A DNA stretch of 64,000 nt from Fistulifera solaris (Eukaryota). The stretch covers positions 124,001 to 188,000 of the forward strand of contig AP026159.1 of NCBI GenBank assembly GCA_030295235.1, in the 5' to 3' direction. Below the pieces are notes generated by a model. It had not been told where the DNA came from. It searched no databases and saw only the letters and a list, made by a program, of their open reading frames with translations. The position numbers and the translations under genes were made by a program. The number at the start of each line of letters is the position of its first letter. Position 1 is the stretch's first letter. This document shows, in pieces, positions 13,964-25,264 of the stretch.

Positions 13964-15230
13964 ATGAGACAAAAAATTTTTCGATTTGTAGCTGACTTAC
14001 GATTTTCGATTTTTCTATTATTGCTAATAAGTGTTTTTAGTATATTTGGAACAATTATTGAACAAGATCAATCTTTAGAACTTTACAAAAGTAATTATCC
14101 TTTAACAAATCCAGTATTTGGATTTTTAACGTGGGATCGAATTATTAGTTTAGGATTAGATCATGTGTACAAAACTTGGTGGTTTTTTGGGTTAATTTTC
14201 TTATTTGGTTTAAGTTTAATTTCTTGTACATTTTTACAACAATTACCTTCGTTAAAAATTGCTCGTAGATGTCAATTTTTTAGAACAACGAACCAATTTT
14301 CAAGATTAAAAATTTTTACAATCTTAACTAATTTTTCTTTCAACCAGATTCTAGCCCAAATCAAATTAGCAAATTATTCAATTTTTCAACAAAAAAATAT
14401 TATCTATTGTTATAAAGGCTTAACAGGTCGAATTGCACCAATTATTGTTCATTTTAGTATGATTTTGGTATTAATAGGGACAATTGTTGGCTCACTATTT
14501 GGATTTAAGGCACAGGAACTTGTGCCAAAAACAGAAAGTTTTCACATTCAAAATATTTTGAGTAACGGACAATTAACGACAATACCAAAAACTTCAGCAC
14601 GAATAAATGATTTTTGGATAACGTATACAAAAAATAAGACTATTTCGCAATTTTATTCTGATATTTCAATTTTGGATACAAAAGGAAACGAAATCAAACG
14701 AAAAACTATTTCAGTAAACTATCCGTTAATTAATAATAATGTTTACTATTATCAGACTGATTGGAATTTAGTTGGATTACGATTTCAAACTAAACAGAAT
14801 GAGATTATTGAATATCCATTAGTAAATTTAAATAATAATTCGAATAAAACTTGGTTAAGTTGGATTGCAACAAACAGTTCTTTGAGTGAAGGATTTGTTA
14901 TAATAGCAGATAATCTTCAAGGTTATTGCTCAATTTATAACGAAGTAGGACAATTTTTAGGAAACGTTGAATTGAATGAAACCATTAACTTAAAATCACC
15001 CTTAACTCTTATTGAAATTATTAGTTCAACAGGGTTGCAAATAAAAACTGATCCAGGCATTCCAATTATTTATGCTGGTTTCTTTTTTTTTAATGTTAAG
15101 TACATTGATAAGTTATATAACTTATTCCCAAATTTGGATTATTCAAAACAAGAATAAATTATTTATTGGTGGAACTACTAATCGCGCAGTTTTTGATTTT
15201 GAATTAGAATTTTTTAAATTTATTAAATAA
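13964..15230 (+). CDS. ccs1: Cytochrome c biogenesis protein Ccs1 (poly-T frameshift ~15085)
   Basis: ADLRFSIFLLL, GLDHVYKTWWF, STGLQIKTDPGIP. Confidence 0.94.
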
Positions 15231-15315
15231 ATAAGTGATATAAAGTTTTAGTTTGTTTTACAATTGTGTTTAACAAGCTAATTGCTTGGGAAGAATTATA
15301 ATTACAAAATTTTTT

Positions 15316-16398
15316 ATGACAGCAACTTTAGAAAGACGTCAAAGCGTTTCATTATGGGAACGTTTCGCAGGTTGGATTACAAGTACTGAAAACCGTTTAT
15401 ACATCGGTTGGTTTGGTTGTTTAATGTTCCCTACATTATTAACAGCTACAACTTGTTACATCATTGCATTCATCGCAGCTCCTCCAGTTGATATTGATGG
15501 TATCCGTGAACCAGTAGCAGGTTCTTTATTATACGGTAACAACATCATTTCTGGTGCAGTTATCCCTAGTTCAAACGCTATTGGTATGCACTTCTACCCA
15601 ATTTGGGAAGCAGCTTCAGTTGATGAGTGGTTATACAACGGTGGTCCTTACCAATTAATCGTTTGCCACTTCTTATTAGGTGTAGCTTCATACATGGGTC
15701 GTGAATGGGAATTAAGCTACCGTTTAGGTATGCGTCCTTGGATCTTCGTAGCTTTCTCAGCTCCAGTAGCAGCAGCAAGCGCTGTATTCTTAGTATACCC
15801 AATTGGTCAAGGTTCATTCTCTGATGGTATGCCTTTAGGTATTTCTGGTACTTTCAACTTCATGATCGTATTCCAAGCTGAGCACAACATTTTAATGCAC
15901 CCATTCCACATGGCTGGTGTTGCTGGTGTATTTGGTGGTTCATTATTCTCTGCTATGCACGGTTCATTAGTAACTTCTTCTTTAATTCGTGAAACAACTG
16001 AAAGCGAATCTACTAACTACGGTTACAAATTTGGTCAAGAAGAAGAAACTTACAACATCGTTGCCGCTCATGGTTACTTTGGTCGTTTAATTTTCCAATA
16101 CGCTTCATTCAATAACTCTCGTGCTTTACACTTCTTCTTAGCTTTATGGCCTGTTTTAGGTATTTGGTTAACAAGTATGGGTATCAGCACAATGGCGTTC
16201 AATTTAAACGGTTTCAACTTCAACCAATCAGTTGTTGACTCTCAAGGCCGTGTTATTAACACATGGGCTGACATCGTTAACCGTGCTGACTTAGGTATGG
16301 AAGTAATGCACGAACGTAACGCTCACAACTTCCCATTAGATTTAGCTTCAGGTGAAGTATTACCAGTTGCTTTAACAGCTCCAGCTGTTAATGGTTAA
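15316..16398 (+). CDS. psbA: Photosystem II D1 protein
   Basis: [17 protein letters not shown]...[13 protein letters not shown], 360 aa. Confidence 0.99.
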   Translation: MTATLERRQSVSLWERFAGWITSTENRLYIGWFGCLMFPTLLTATTCYIIAFIAAPPVDIDGIREPVAGSLLYGNNIISGAVIPSSNAIGMHFYPIWEAASVDEWLYNGGPYQLIVCHFLLGVASYMGREWELSYRLGMRPWIFVAFSAPVAAASAVFLVYPIGQGSFSDGMPLGISGTFNFMIVFQAEHNILMHPFHMAGVAGVFGGSLFSAMHGSLVTSSLIRETTESESTNYGYKFGQEEETYNIVAAHGYFGRLIFQYASFNNSRALHFFLALWPVLGIWLTSMGISTMAFNLNGFNFNQSVVDSQGRVINTWADIVNRADLGMEVMHERNAHNFPLDLASGEVLPVALTAPAVNG

Positions 16399-16409
16399 TT
16401 TCTAATTTC

Positions 16410-16440
16410 TCTAAACCTTTAATAAAATTAAAGGTTTAGA
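16410..16440 (+). terminator. Stem-loop after psbA
   Basis: TCTAAACCTTTAAT-AAA-ATTAAAGGTTTAGA. Confidence 0.7.
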
Positions 16441-16549
16441 AATTCTCGAACTATTTCTTCGTTATCATTTATGAAAAGTATTCCTTCATCACTACCCACA
16501 TCTCACGCTTTTTCTAAAATCTTCTCTTTAACAATTGATTTCTCATTAA

Positions 16550-16893
16550 CTAAGACCTAAGATAGATTAGATAGGTTAACCAAAAACATACACCTTTTAA
16601 ATGGGCATTCTCAAACTCTGGTTTTTTCACCTTACAATCGGTTATTTGGCAATCTTCAAAACAATAAACTGAAAAAGTTAATTTCCGAGTATCGTTAAAT
16701 GCGCAATTTTGAAAGTTATAAGATCCAAAAATTACCTCTAATCGGCGAACTTTTTCAAAATTACAATTTACGAAAGATGTTCCAAGAGAAAAACTAACGG
16801 CACTAGACTCTGCTATGCTTAAGGTCTTTTCAGTTAAAAATGTTGATTTTGAAGCAAAATTTGGTACTCGTCCGCTGATTTAGCTTGGTTCAT
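16550..16893 (-). pseudogene. Degraded second copy of pentapeptide-repeat gene
   Basis: MNQAKSADEYQILLQNQHF/LTEK...SFVNCNFEKV...IFGSYNFQNCAFND...CFEDCQITD aligns with 17023-17567; frameshifts, truncated; 3' end approximate. Confidence 0.75.
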
Positions 16894-17022
16894 TTTTCAT
16901 TATAAGTTTGTATTCTTGTTTTATTCATTTATAAAAACTATTTTCTAGTCATTAATTAAATCTTAGTTTGACTGTAGCATTTTTTCAAACAAGTTAAAAT
17001 TTAAAATGGGAATTAAAATATA

Positions 17023-17567
17023 CTAATCAGGGAACTCATAACGCATAAATTTTGACTTTGTATTAAAGTTATAATCCATACTTTTTAACTGTGTATTCGT
17101 AAGGTATGGTCTTTCCATTTCACAATTGGTTATTTTGCAATCTTCCAAAGAACTATGGTAGATTCCAATACCTGTCAGATTACTTTTAAGAAACTTTGTT
17201 TCCTTAAATGTGCAACTAGAAATATCACTTGCTGATAAATTGACACCTATAAACTCACAGTTTTTAAAATGGGTACTTTCAAAATCTCCTCTTGTCATGT
17301 CAGAATCAATTATTTTGCAATCTTCAAAATAACACGCTCCAAATGTAGTTTTATAACCCAAAAAATCATTAAATATGCAATTTTGAAAATTACAAGATCC
17401 AAAAATTATGCCTGGTAGTTGAACTTTTCAAAATTACAATTTACGAAAGATATTTTAGTAAAATAAGCAACTGAAAAATACTTTGCTAGACTTGGACTCT
17501 TTTCAGTTAAAAAATGCTCATTTTGAAGTAGAATATGAGACTCGTCAGGTGATTTATTATTACTCAT
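17023..17567 (-). CDS. Pentapeptide-repeat protein (one poly-A frameshift ~17425)
   Basis: MSNNKSPDESHILLQNEHFLTEK...SFVNCNFEK, CNFQNCIFND, CYFEDCKIID, THFKNCEFIG, VNLSASDISS, CTFKETKFLK: period-5 F/L pattern. Confidence 0.85.
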
Positions 17568-17586
17568 CTTGAATTAAAAATTTGTA

Positions 17587-18406
17587 TTATTCATTTATAA
17601 AGAATATTTTAGTGTCAATACCCTCATATCTTGCGCCCTCTAAAATATTTTTTTTAACAATTGCTTTTTCATTATCTGGAACGAAATATAGATCAATTAA
17701 GTGAGCAACATTTTCGGTGCTTTTTGGACCAACAATTTCACTACCAAGTTGTCGATTAAGAAATCGTTTTTTTGTCTTGCAAGTTTTACCCCTATGTCAT
17801 ACGCCATTCTTTCTAGAGTCATGCATGGCTGAAGTTTGTGCAAAAATTCTGATGATACTGGAGTTTTTACATCAGCATATTTGAATGGAAATGGACCTAC
17901 AATTAGAAAGTCGAGATTAACTCGTATTGCCAAATCCTGATTCAGCTCTCTGCTTGCGAACTTGAATAGATTTTCGTGTTCAGCTTGAATTATTAATATT
18001 GCTTCAGAAATTGATTTATCGTTAGGAAGACCTGCCACAGGGTCTGTAGCTAAGATTGTAAATTTTTCAGTTGGACACGTGTTAGTGTTGAACCTTTTTC
18101 TAAGACGCCCGTCGGTATCATACTCTTTTCATACGCCTCGTAAGTTGGACTAAGACTGCGATCAATTTCACGTATAGACGGATTTTTACTTATATTTGCC
18201 TTTCCAAATTGTCCCGATTTTGGTATATCAAATGCTATTAACTTCGTCAACTCTCCCTCATTCGTAGTCAATCTTTCTCTAGATGTTGCTGTTGAAGTAA
18301 CTCGAGATTGGTCTACAATCGAAATTATTGTTTGATGGCAAAAAAAATTAATTGTAAGAGAGATTAAAACATATATGTAAATTATTCTGATCCGACTCTG
18401 GACCAT
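17587..18406 (-). CDS. Hypothetical protein with N-terminal hydrophobic segment and PD-(D/E)XK-like C-terminal domain (two homopolymer frameshifts)
   Basis: Joins ORFs 18050-18406 and 17697-18038 plus tail; ILATDPVAG...SISEAILIIQAE...LDFLIVGPFPFKYADVKTP...HLIDLYFVP...KIFFINE*. Confidence 0.6.
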
Positions 18407-18707
18407 TTCATTTGTTAAAACTTCTCCTTCAAAATATTGATAAAGAAAGCCTAGTGTTATTTTTGTGTCGAATTGTTTTTGATTGATTTCTTATTGACTT
18501 GAATTTCTGGGGTGCAAAAATTAATTAACAAAGCGAAAATTACATAAAGAACTGTCGGCATAAAAGTTTTTACTAATTTATTGAGTTGAGTAAAAATAGA
18601 AAACGGTTAATAGAAATGATATATACTTATTAAAATAGTAATTTAAAAATGATTTTTATGGATTGAATAAAATATATCTTTATTCTAGCTCTGTATGAAT
18701 TAGATAA

Positions 18708-18911
18708 TCAACATCTATAATTTTGAAAAAACTGTTCAATGAAAGAAATCTTTTCGCTATTTTGACAACTAAAAATTTTAAATAGTTGCACTTGTACTTC
18801 AAATTCCGGTTTTATGAATTTATCTGGAAATAAATTAGTTAAATAGAAACATGTACTTATAATAAAAATGATTCGTGAACTAATTAAGCCTGATCTAGTA
18901 AAAACTTTCAA
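18708..18911 (-). other. Short ORF or fragment with hydrophobic N-terminal segment
   Basis: SRIIFIISTCFYLTNLFP resembles the leader of the 18406 ORF; no clear homology. Confidence 0.25.
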
Positions 18912-18991
18912 ACTTTGTTAAGTTTTTCTAGCTGTAAAACGATAAAAATTTCGAAAATAATTATCCTTGAATAAATTGATAAAAATTCCAA

Positions 18992-19025
18992 TTAGTAAAA
19001 GTGAAAAAGTTTTTCACTTTTACTA
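18992..19025. terminator. Stem-loop downstream of ycf35 at the island edge
   Basis: TTAGTAAAAGTGAAAAA-G-TTTTTCACTTTTACTAA (boundaries approximate). Confidence 0.55.
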
Positions 19026-19228
19026 ACCGAGCTTGCTCGTTTAATCTATTTTAGAGTTTTAAAAAGATTGTAATTTGAAAACTACGACTCAATAAAAAAT
19101 ATGATCTATCTATTTGACTTTAAACGCTAATTTTTGATGATAATTTATAGATTGAATACATATCGTTAAATCTCTTGCAACCAGAATTACTTCTGATTGA
19201 ATGTAAAGCGGATTTAATCCCAATCAAG

Positions 19229-19605
19229 TTAAAGAACTGTAGTACTATTCCATCGTTCTAAAATTAATGTATTTGAACCATCCGAATTTTGTTGGTATTT
19301 AATTGGTTGGAAACCAGTTTTTGACTTTCGCCAATAATAACCTCACCGGCATATTGTTGTGCAACTTTATCAATAAAGCTTTCAACTGGATACGGTTGTT
19401 CCCAGAAACTCATATCCGCTACCAATTCATATTCTTGTCCATTCCAGTCAAATTTAATATCGTAGCCATTTAACTGCTGGATGATTAAATTTGAATTTTC
19501 AGTCGTAGCTTCTTGTTGCTTATAGGTAATATTTAGTCTATTTAATGCTTTTTCTAAATAAAATAAATTTTGAAAATTAGTTTTCATGTACGTAAAATGT
19601 GACAT
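19229..19605 (-). CDS. ycf35: Ycf35 (frameshift near 3' end)
   Basis: MSHFTYMKT...[17 protein letters not shown]...QQYA; LILERW tail in shifted frame. Confidence 0.92.
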
Positions 19606-19734
19606 ATTTCGAATCCTTATAATACTTATTGAATAAATTTAATATATATTCTATACTAATTCGTTAATTTATATTGGTCTATATAAAAGTAAAAATTATT
19701 AAATAATAGATGGAAGTATTAATACTTCCATTTA

Positions 19735-19970
19735 TTATTTAATAATTTCTGCCTTCTTTAATAAGGTTGAAACTGTTTCAGTTGGTCTAGCGCCATAAGT
19801 TAACCATTTTTGAATCTTTTCTGCATCAAATTTAAATTGTTTCGTAATAGGACTATAATAACCTACTTCATCGATAGGTCGACCATCCCTTCTAAACGTA
19901 TTCTCCATGATAACTAATCTATATGATGGCGAACGTTTTTCCCTACTCGTTTTAATCGTAATTTTAACAT
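19735..19970 (-). CDS. rps16: 30S ribosomal protein S16 (1-nt deletion)
   Basis: MLKLRLKRV...SPSYRLVIMENTFRRDGRPIDEVGYYSP...GARPTETV. Confidence 0.93.
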
Positions 19971-20052
19971 ATGAACAATATATAACTTAATTTGTAATAA
20001 AACTTAAATATAAATAAAAAGTATAAAAGTGTAAATTAGTTTATAACAACTT

Positions 20053-20670
20053 TTATCGACGTGAATAATGTTCAATTACAAGTAATTCATCTAATTGCAG
20101 AATTACATCATCACGATCACAGTAATCCATAACAGTAGCTTCTAATTTATTTTGATCAAATTTTAAATGAGCTGGAATAGTATTGCTTTGACGATCTTTC
20201 AGATTATTTTCTACTAAAACTTTGGAACTAGTTTGTTCTTTTACACTAATAATATCATTTAAACGACATTGAAAACTTGGAATATTAACAACTTTTTTGT
20301 TCACAGTAATATGACCATGATTAACCAACTGACGCGCCTGTGCCATTGTTTTAGCAAATCCTAGTGTAAAACAAAGTGTATCTAGTCTCATTTCTAATAA
20401 TTGCAGTAAAATTAAACCCGTTACACCTTGGCGACGACGTGCTTCTTTTACATATCGAAACAATTGACTTTCACTTAAGCCATAATTAAATTTTAACTTT
20501 TGTTTTTCTTCCAAACGTACACCATACTCGGTTAACTTTTTACCTGTATCCGCATTTGCATTTCCATCTTTACCTGGACGGTTAATCTTATTTGATTTCT
20601 TTGTTGTCAGACCAGGTAATGTTCCTAATCGTCTAGTAATTTTTAATTTAGGTCCTCTATAACGTGACAT
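20053..20670 (-). CDS. rps4: 30S ribosomal protein S4
   Basis: [16 protein letters not shown]...LEMRLD...[10 protein letters not shown]. Confidence 0.98.
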   Translation of the reverse strand: MSRYRGPKLKITRRLGTLPGLTTKKSNKINRPGKDGNANADTGKKLTEYGVRLEEKQKLKFNYGLSESQLFRYVKEARRRQGVTGLILLQLLEMRLDTLCFTLGFAKTMAQARQLVNHGHITVNKKVVNIPSFQCRLNDIISVKEQTSSKVLVENNLKDRQSNTIPAHLKFDQNKLEATVMDYCDRDDVILQLDELLVIEHYSRR

Positions 20671-20730
20671 AATAATCAATTAACTTTATAAATAATTTTT
20701 TAAAAACACTTATAAAAACATTTTAGAAAG

Positions 20731-20804
20731 GGCGAGTGACCGGACTTGAACCGGCGAATGGTGGAACCACAACCCACTGCCTTAACCACTTGGCTACACC
20801 CGCC
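20731..20804 (-). tRNA. trnH: tRNA-His(GUG)
   Basis: Minus strand GGCGGGTGTAGCCAAGTGG, anticodon loop TTGTGGT. Confidence 0.94.
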
Positions 20805-20965
20805 AAACTGTTTTCACTAATACTGTATCAGTTTTAATAGTTTGTAGTCTAGATTATTTAAAAAAAATTTTCTATTGTCTGGAACCTATTTATTATTTTA
20901 CTCATAGTTTAAAATTTCGCTTAACTAGATAATTCTATAGATTAGATAGAATTATCTAGTTTTAG

Positions 20966-23091
20966 TTAATTTCGAATAGTTGCGTTAAATTCCTGAGTTA
21001 AAACGAAACGAATGTTATTTAAAATTTCTTCAATTTCTGAGTTTTGTAATGTTTTTTCATTTGATTGAAAAATTAATTGCAAGCATAAACTCGTATGGTC
21101 TTTAGGGATTGAATTTCCTTTATATTCGTCCAAAAGATTAATTTTAGATAAAAATTGACTTCCATTCAAATACAATAACTGTTTTAGTAGGTCAAATTCG
21201 ATATCTTGTTTTACGATGAATGAGATATCTTTTATAATTTTTGGATATGATGAATATTCTTTATATATAGATACATTATTATTTTCTAAAGCAACTTTAA
21301 TAATATCCAGATCAAATTCAAATAAATAAAGGTTCGATGAAATACTTAAATCATTTGCTAATATTGGATGAACTTGGCCAAAATTTCCAATTAAAGTGCC
21401 GGAGTGAAGATAAATTTCGGCATGACGATATTTATGAAAAATTTCTTGTAAATGATTCGAACATACAGATGTTGATTTCCAAATTACTGAGACATTCAAT
21501 TGCTCAAATAAACGTTCAATTCGACCTTTTGCCTCAAACCAACTTACTACCTGCTCAGACTCAGCCCAGGTTGTTTTTGTTCCGAATCCACCTAAAATAC
21601 CGGCTACGTGTTCTTTTTCTTTAAAATTTGTATTTGTATCTAAGGAAAAAACATGTCCATATTCAAATCCATTTATTATAGCATTACTTTGTTTCCAATT
21701 TTCTTGGCTAGTTCGAATTAAATTTGGTAATAAACTCAGTCTTAGAGTTGCATATTCAGAAACGAGAGGATTTATTACTGAAATTTGATTTGTTAAAAAT
21801 GTTTTTCATTTACTAATGAATAATGAATCAATTCATTCAGACCAAGATTTAAAAGACATGATGTAAGTTTTTGTCGAGTTTCATAACTCTTATCTTTAGT
21901 TCCAATTACTTTAAGTTTTGGCAGAGTAATTAAGAAATTATTAAAACCATGTAACCTTCCAATCTCTTCAATCAAATCAATTTCACGTGTAAGATCTTCA
22001 CTTCGAGAATGTGGTACTGTTACTCTCCAAGCGTTGGTTTTTTCATTATAATCGTATTTACAATTTAAACGGTTTAAATAATCTTCAATAGTTTTAGAGT
22101 CAATATATTCAAAATTCTTATTAGATGACTTCTTAGTTGGCCCCAGAATTTCTTTTAACGTTCCATAATTTAGACTAATTGGATTTATAACTTGCTCATT
22201 CTCTTTAATTATGGTTCTTAGTTTAATTGTTAACTTTGGATTCGAAATTCGTAATAGAGAGATTAATCTATATAATGATTCAATTAAATACGTATTCTTT
22301 AATGATTTTTCGTATCGAGCTGATCTATCAGTTCTTACTCCTAACTTTCTTGATTGTTGTCGAATTATCGCAGCAGTAAAAATGCTTGCCTCGATTAGTA
22401 TTGATGTGGTTGAATTCTCACAACTAAATTCTTGATTTTCAATAATACCGCCTATACTAATAGGAATTTCATTTGCTTTAAGCAATAAAATTGATTGATC
22501 TAAATCATAACTTTCATTATTTGAGGCAACAAATGAGTCATTACCGGCCGCTCTTGAAACTGATAACTTGAAATCTACTTTTCCTATTTTTTTCTTATTT
22601 TATCAAAATCATAAAAGGCAAACGGATAACCGGTTTCTAATAAGATATAAGACTGAAAATCAACTAAAGTATTAGATGGAGTAATACCCGAGCTTAAAAG
22701 TTTTTTTGTAATCCATTTTGGAATTGTTTTATCCACTAAGTTTTCTACACTAACTGATAAAAGAGTTGTACATCCAGTGCTGATGGAAAAAGTAGCCGCT
22801 TTGTCCCAAATTATTTGCTTTAATTTTTCCGATTGAATTAAATGATTCGAAAGATTTAAAGAGGTCTTCAAAAGAGCAGCAATTTCAGACGATATACCTT
22901 GTATTGATAAGCTATCAGAACGATTCGCAGTAGCTGAAATATCTAAAACAATTTGATTTGTTTTAGATATTTTTATTCTCGCGCATTTCTTCAACTTCAA
23001 ATCCTGCTAATGTTAATTTATCAACTAAAGTATCTAATTTTATTTTTTCAATATTAACTAATTCATTGATCCATTTTAATGATATTTGCAT
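20966..23091 (-). CDS. syfB: Phenylalanine-tRNA ligase beta subunit (multiple frameshifts, likely errors)
   Basis: MQISLKWINELV, ATANRSD, RTDRSARYEK, REIDLIEEIGRLHGF, YSSYPKIIKDISF. Confidence 0.92.
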
Positions 23092-23117
23092 TTTAAAATT
23101 ATCATAAACTATTTTAC

Positions 23118-23465
23118 TTAACTTGCTTTAGTAAAGACTAAACCATTTGCTCTACCGTATCGTTCCATAAATCTCATAAATCTATCCCAAGCTTCTGGAC
23201 TTTTCATAATATAAATTGATTCAATTGCTTCAGGTCTGCCATTAACAAATCGAGCATTTACATCTCGTGTTTCTAATGTTCCTTCTTCATCAATTAAATA
23301 CATGCCTGTAATTTCACCCTCTTTAGCCGTATTTTTATCTAAAATGTTCGGGTTTTTGAAACGAAAAGTAGCCGTACCAGTACTACCATCAACAGACCGG
23401 GTTAATCGAACATCAGGTAATACCTTTTCATCCAGACCTTTTATAAACTGAATTGTAGCTTCCAT
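23118..23465 (-). CDS. psb28: Photosystem II Psb28
   Basis: [30 protein letters not shown]...[11 protein letters not shown]. Confidence 0.97.
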   Translation of the reverse strand: MEATIQFIKGLDEKVLPDVRLTRSVDGSTGTATFRFKNPNILDKNTAKEGEITGMYLIDEEGTLETRDVNARFVNGRPEAIESIYIMKSPEAWDRFMRFMERYGRANGLVFTKAS

Positions 23466-23624
23466 AATTTTATTTTTAATTAAAGTATAAATACAATAAA
23501 TTTGTTTTATTCTTAATTATGCAAGTTATCGAGATTAAAAACAACTTTTTTATTTTTGAGCGAGCAAGCTAAAACAATCTAAAATGTTAGAATTAAACTT
23601 TCCTGTAGTCTAAATCGTTAAAAA

Positions 23625-23696
23625 CTGGGGTGGCAGGATTCGAACCTACGAATGGCGGAGTCAAAGTCCGCAGCCTTACCACTTGGCGACACCCCA
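23625..23696 (-). tRNA. trnQ: tRNA-Gln(UUG)
   Basis: TGGGGTGTCGCCAAGTGG, anticodon loop CTTTGAC. Confidence 0.95.
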
Positions 23697-23736
23697 AGAA
23701 TCATGATCATAAATTAGTACAGTTAAAGCTTAGTAT

Positions 23737-23810
23737 TGGGCAAGAAGGGACTCGAACCCCTGACACCGTGGTTCGTAGCCACGTGCTCTAATCCGCTGAG
23801 CTACAAGCCC
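23737..23810 (-). tRNA. trnR: tRNA-Arg(ACG)
   Basis: GGGCTTGTAGCTCAG, anticodon loop CTACGAA. Confidence 0.95.
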
Positions 23811-24094
23811 AAAATACAATTACTTACATATATACTACTAGAAAGTTAGAATTAAGTAAACCCTATTTTTATAGTAAGATGATTAGAAATGAATTGTATA
23901 TTTTTATGGAGGGATCTCATAATAAATATGCAATTTAAAGCCTCTATAAAAACCGTGAGGAGGTTTTGAAAGTCGGATTAGGAATAACCCTAACATCAAT
24001 AAAATTCTAATCTTAAAATGGTCGTATTTTATGATGAAAAGAAAAGCTAAAATAATCTCGGTTGGGTTTTTATACTAAATAAGTCTCAAAAATA

Positions 24095-24382
24095 CTAATT
24101 AAAAGTAGAGTCAATAATAAGTTCCGTAATGCTTGCGGTTGCTGTCAAAGCAAGTGGATGACCATGTTAAGCGACATTAGCCGCACAGCATCCCGCTAAT
24201 GCCTCGCATAATAGAGGATACTTAATATAAGGCGGGGTACAATCTATAACCACGCCTTTAACTGCAACAGATAGAGCTTAACTCGGACTATTGCAGTTGT
24301 AGACTTTAACAGCTGTTGTCGCTAAACTACCACACAAACTAAGTACTGGTATATATTTCATTAAGGGTGCAAATATTCTCAT
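24095..24382 (-). pseudogene. Small hydrophobic ORF (96 codons) with two in-frame TAA
   Basis: MRIFAPLMKYIPVLSLCGSLATTAVKVYNCNSPS*ALSVAVKGVVIDCTPPYIKYPLLC...; raised GC; resembles a small ORF type recalled from diatom plastid accessory DNA. Confidence 0.55.
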
Positions 24383-24784
24383 AGTAAAAATTATTTTATT
24401 ATTGTTTAAATTATTTTAAATTAATTAAATTAACTAAGGTAATAATAAAATGAAAAGAAGGAACACAATTCTAATCTTTGAAAAATACCCTCCAATTACT
24501 AATCCAAAAACAATTGCTAGAACAAGATAACATGGGTTGTTTTTCATATGTTTTCATAATTATAAAAGAAAATCTATTTGATAAGCTACCACAACACAGT
24601 GTAAAATTAAAAATTTTTCAACTTAATTAATTAAATATTTTTTTAATTTTTTGATAATTTCACCTTAAAAAGTGTCCGTTTTTGATAATTGAAATTATCA
24701 AAAATACTGACAAACTATTGATATATCAATAAAAATTCTAGATCCTCATAACACATTTTTACGGCTAATAGACAACATCAACTT

Positions 24785-25200
24785 TTATAGTAAATGTTTA
24801 TTTTCTTGAGCTATTTTAATTAGCTCTTTAAAATGACTCAATTTTGTTATACTAATCAAATTCGTCGTCAATTGGGTTACAGTTTTTAGTTTATTGGTTT
24901 TTAGAACTAAAACAAATTTGTTTTCGATCAGTTTGCAGTCTTTAACTAAGACCAAAGTTTGCAGCAAATAAGATCTCACTTTTCGAAGATTTGAATTTGA
25001 AATATCAAATTGATCTAAAAATTCTTCAACGTCAAATACTTTATCAATCTCTAGAATTGAAAATGCGAGTAAAAAGCTAAGTTGAGCTTATAATTGATAT
25101 TTATTCTGATAGTTCAAAAACTTTTTCCCATCGAATGTGTTCTTCTCAAAAATAAAAGCTTGATTTTACAGGGTAAAATAAGAATCTCTTCTAATCTCGA
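24785..25200 (-). pseudogene. Second, divergent C-terminal fragment of the Rep-like ORF
   Basis: NKYQL*AQLSFLLAFS..EIDKVFDVEEFLDQFDISNSNLRKVRSY...LIENKF parallels SKYEFSVCLKFLKCFN..TIEKQINIKDFIENF...SNQNIRKMKQ...VIESKF; start approximate. Confidence 0.5.
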
Positions 25201-25264
25201 AGAAATTTGATCGCAAATCCTGCGATTACTCTTATCCCGTAAGTTTGTCAAAAATACTTACTCT

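Noticed and set aside
19030..23570. Short dispersed repeats (CGAGCAAGCT at ~19030/23561; TGGAACCTATTT at ~2023/20880; AAAACCGTGAG at ~1829/23949)
   Set aside because: Only 10-12 nt with two copies each; cannot be distinguished from chance
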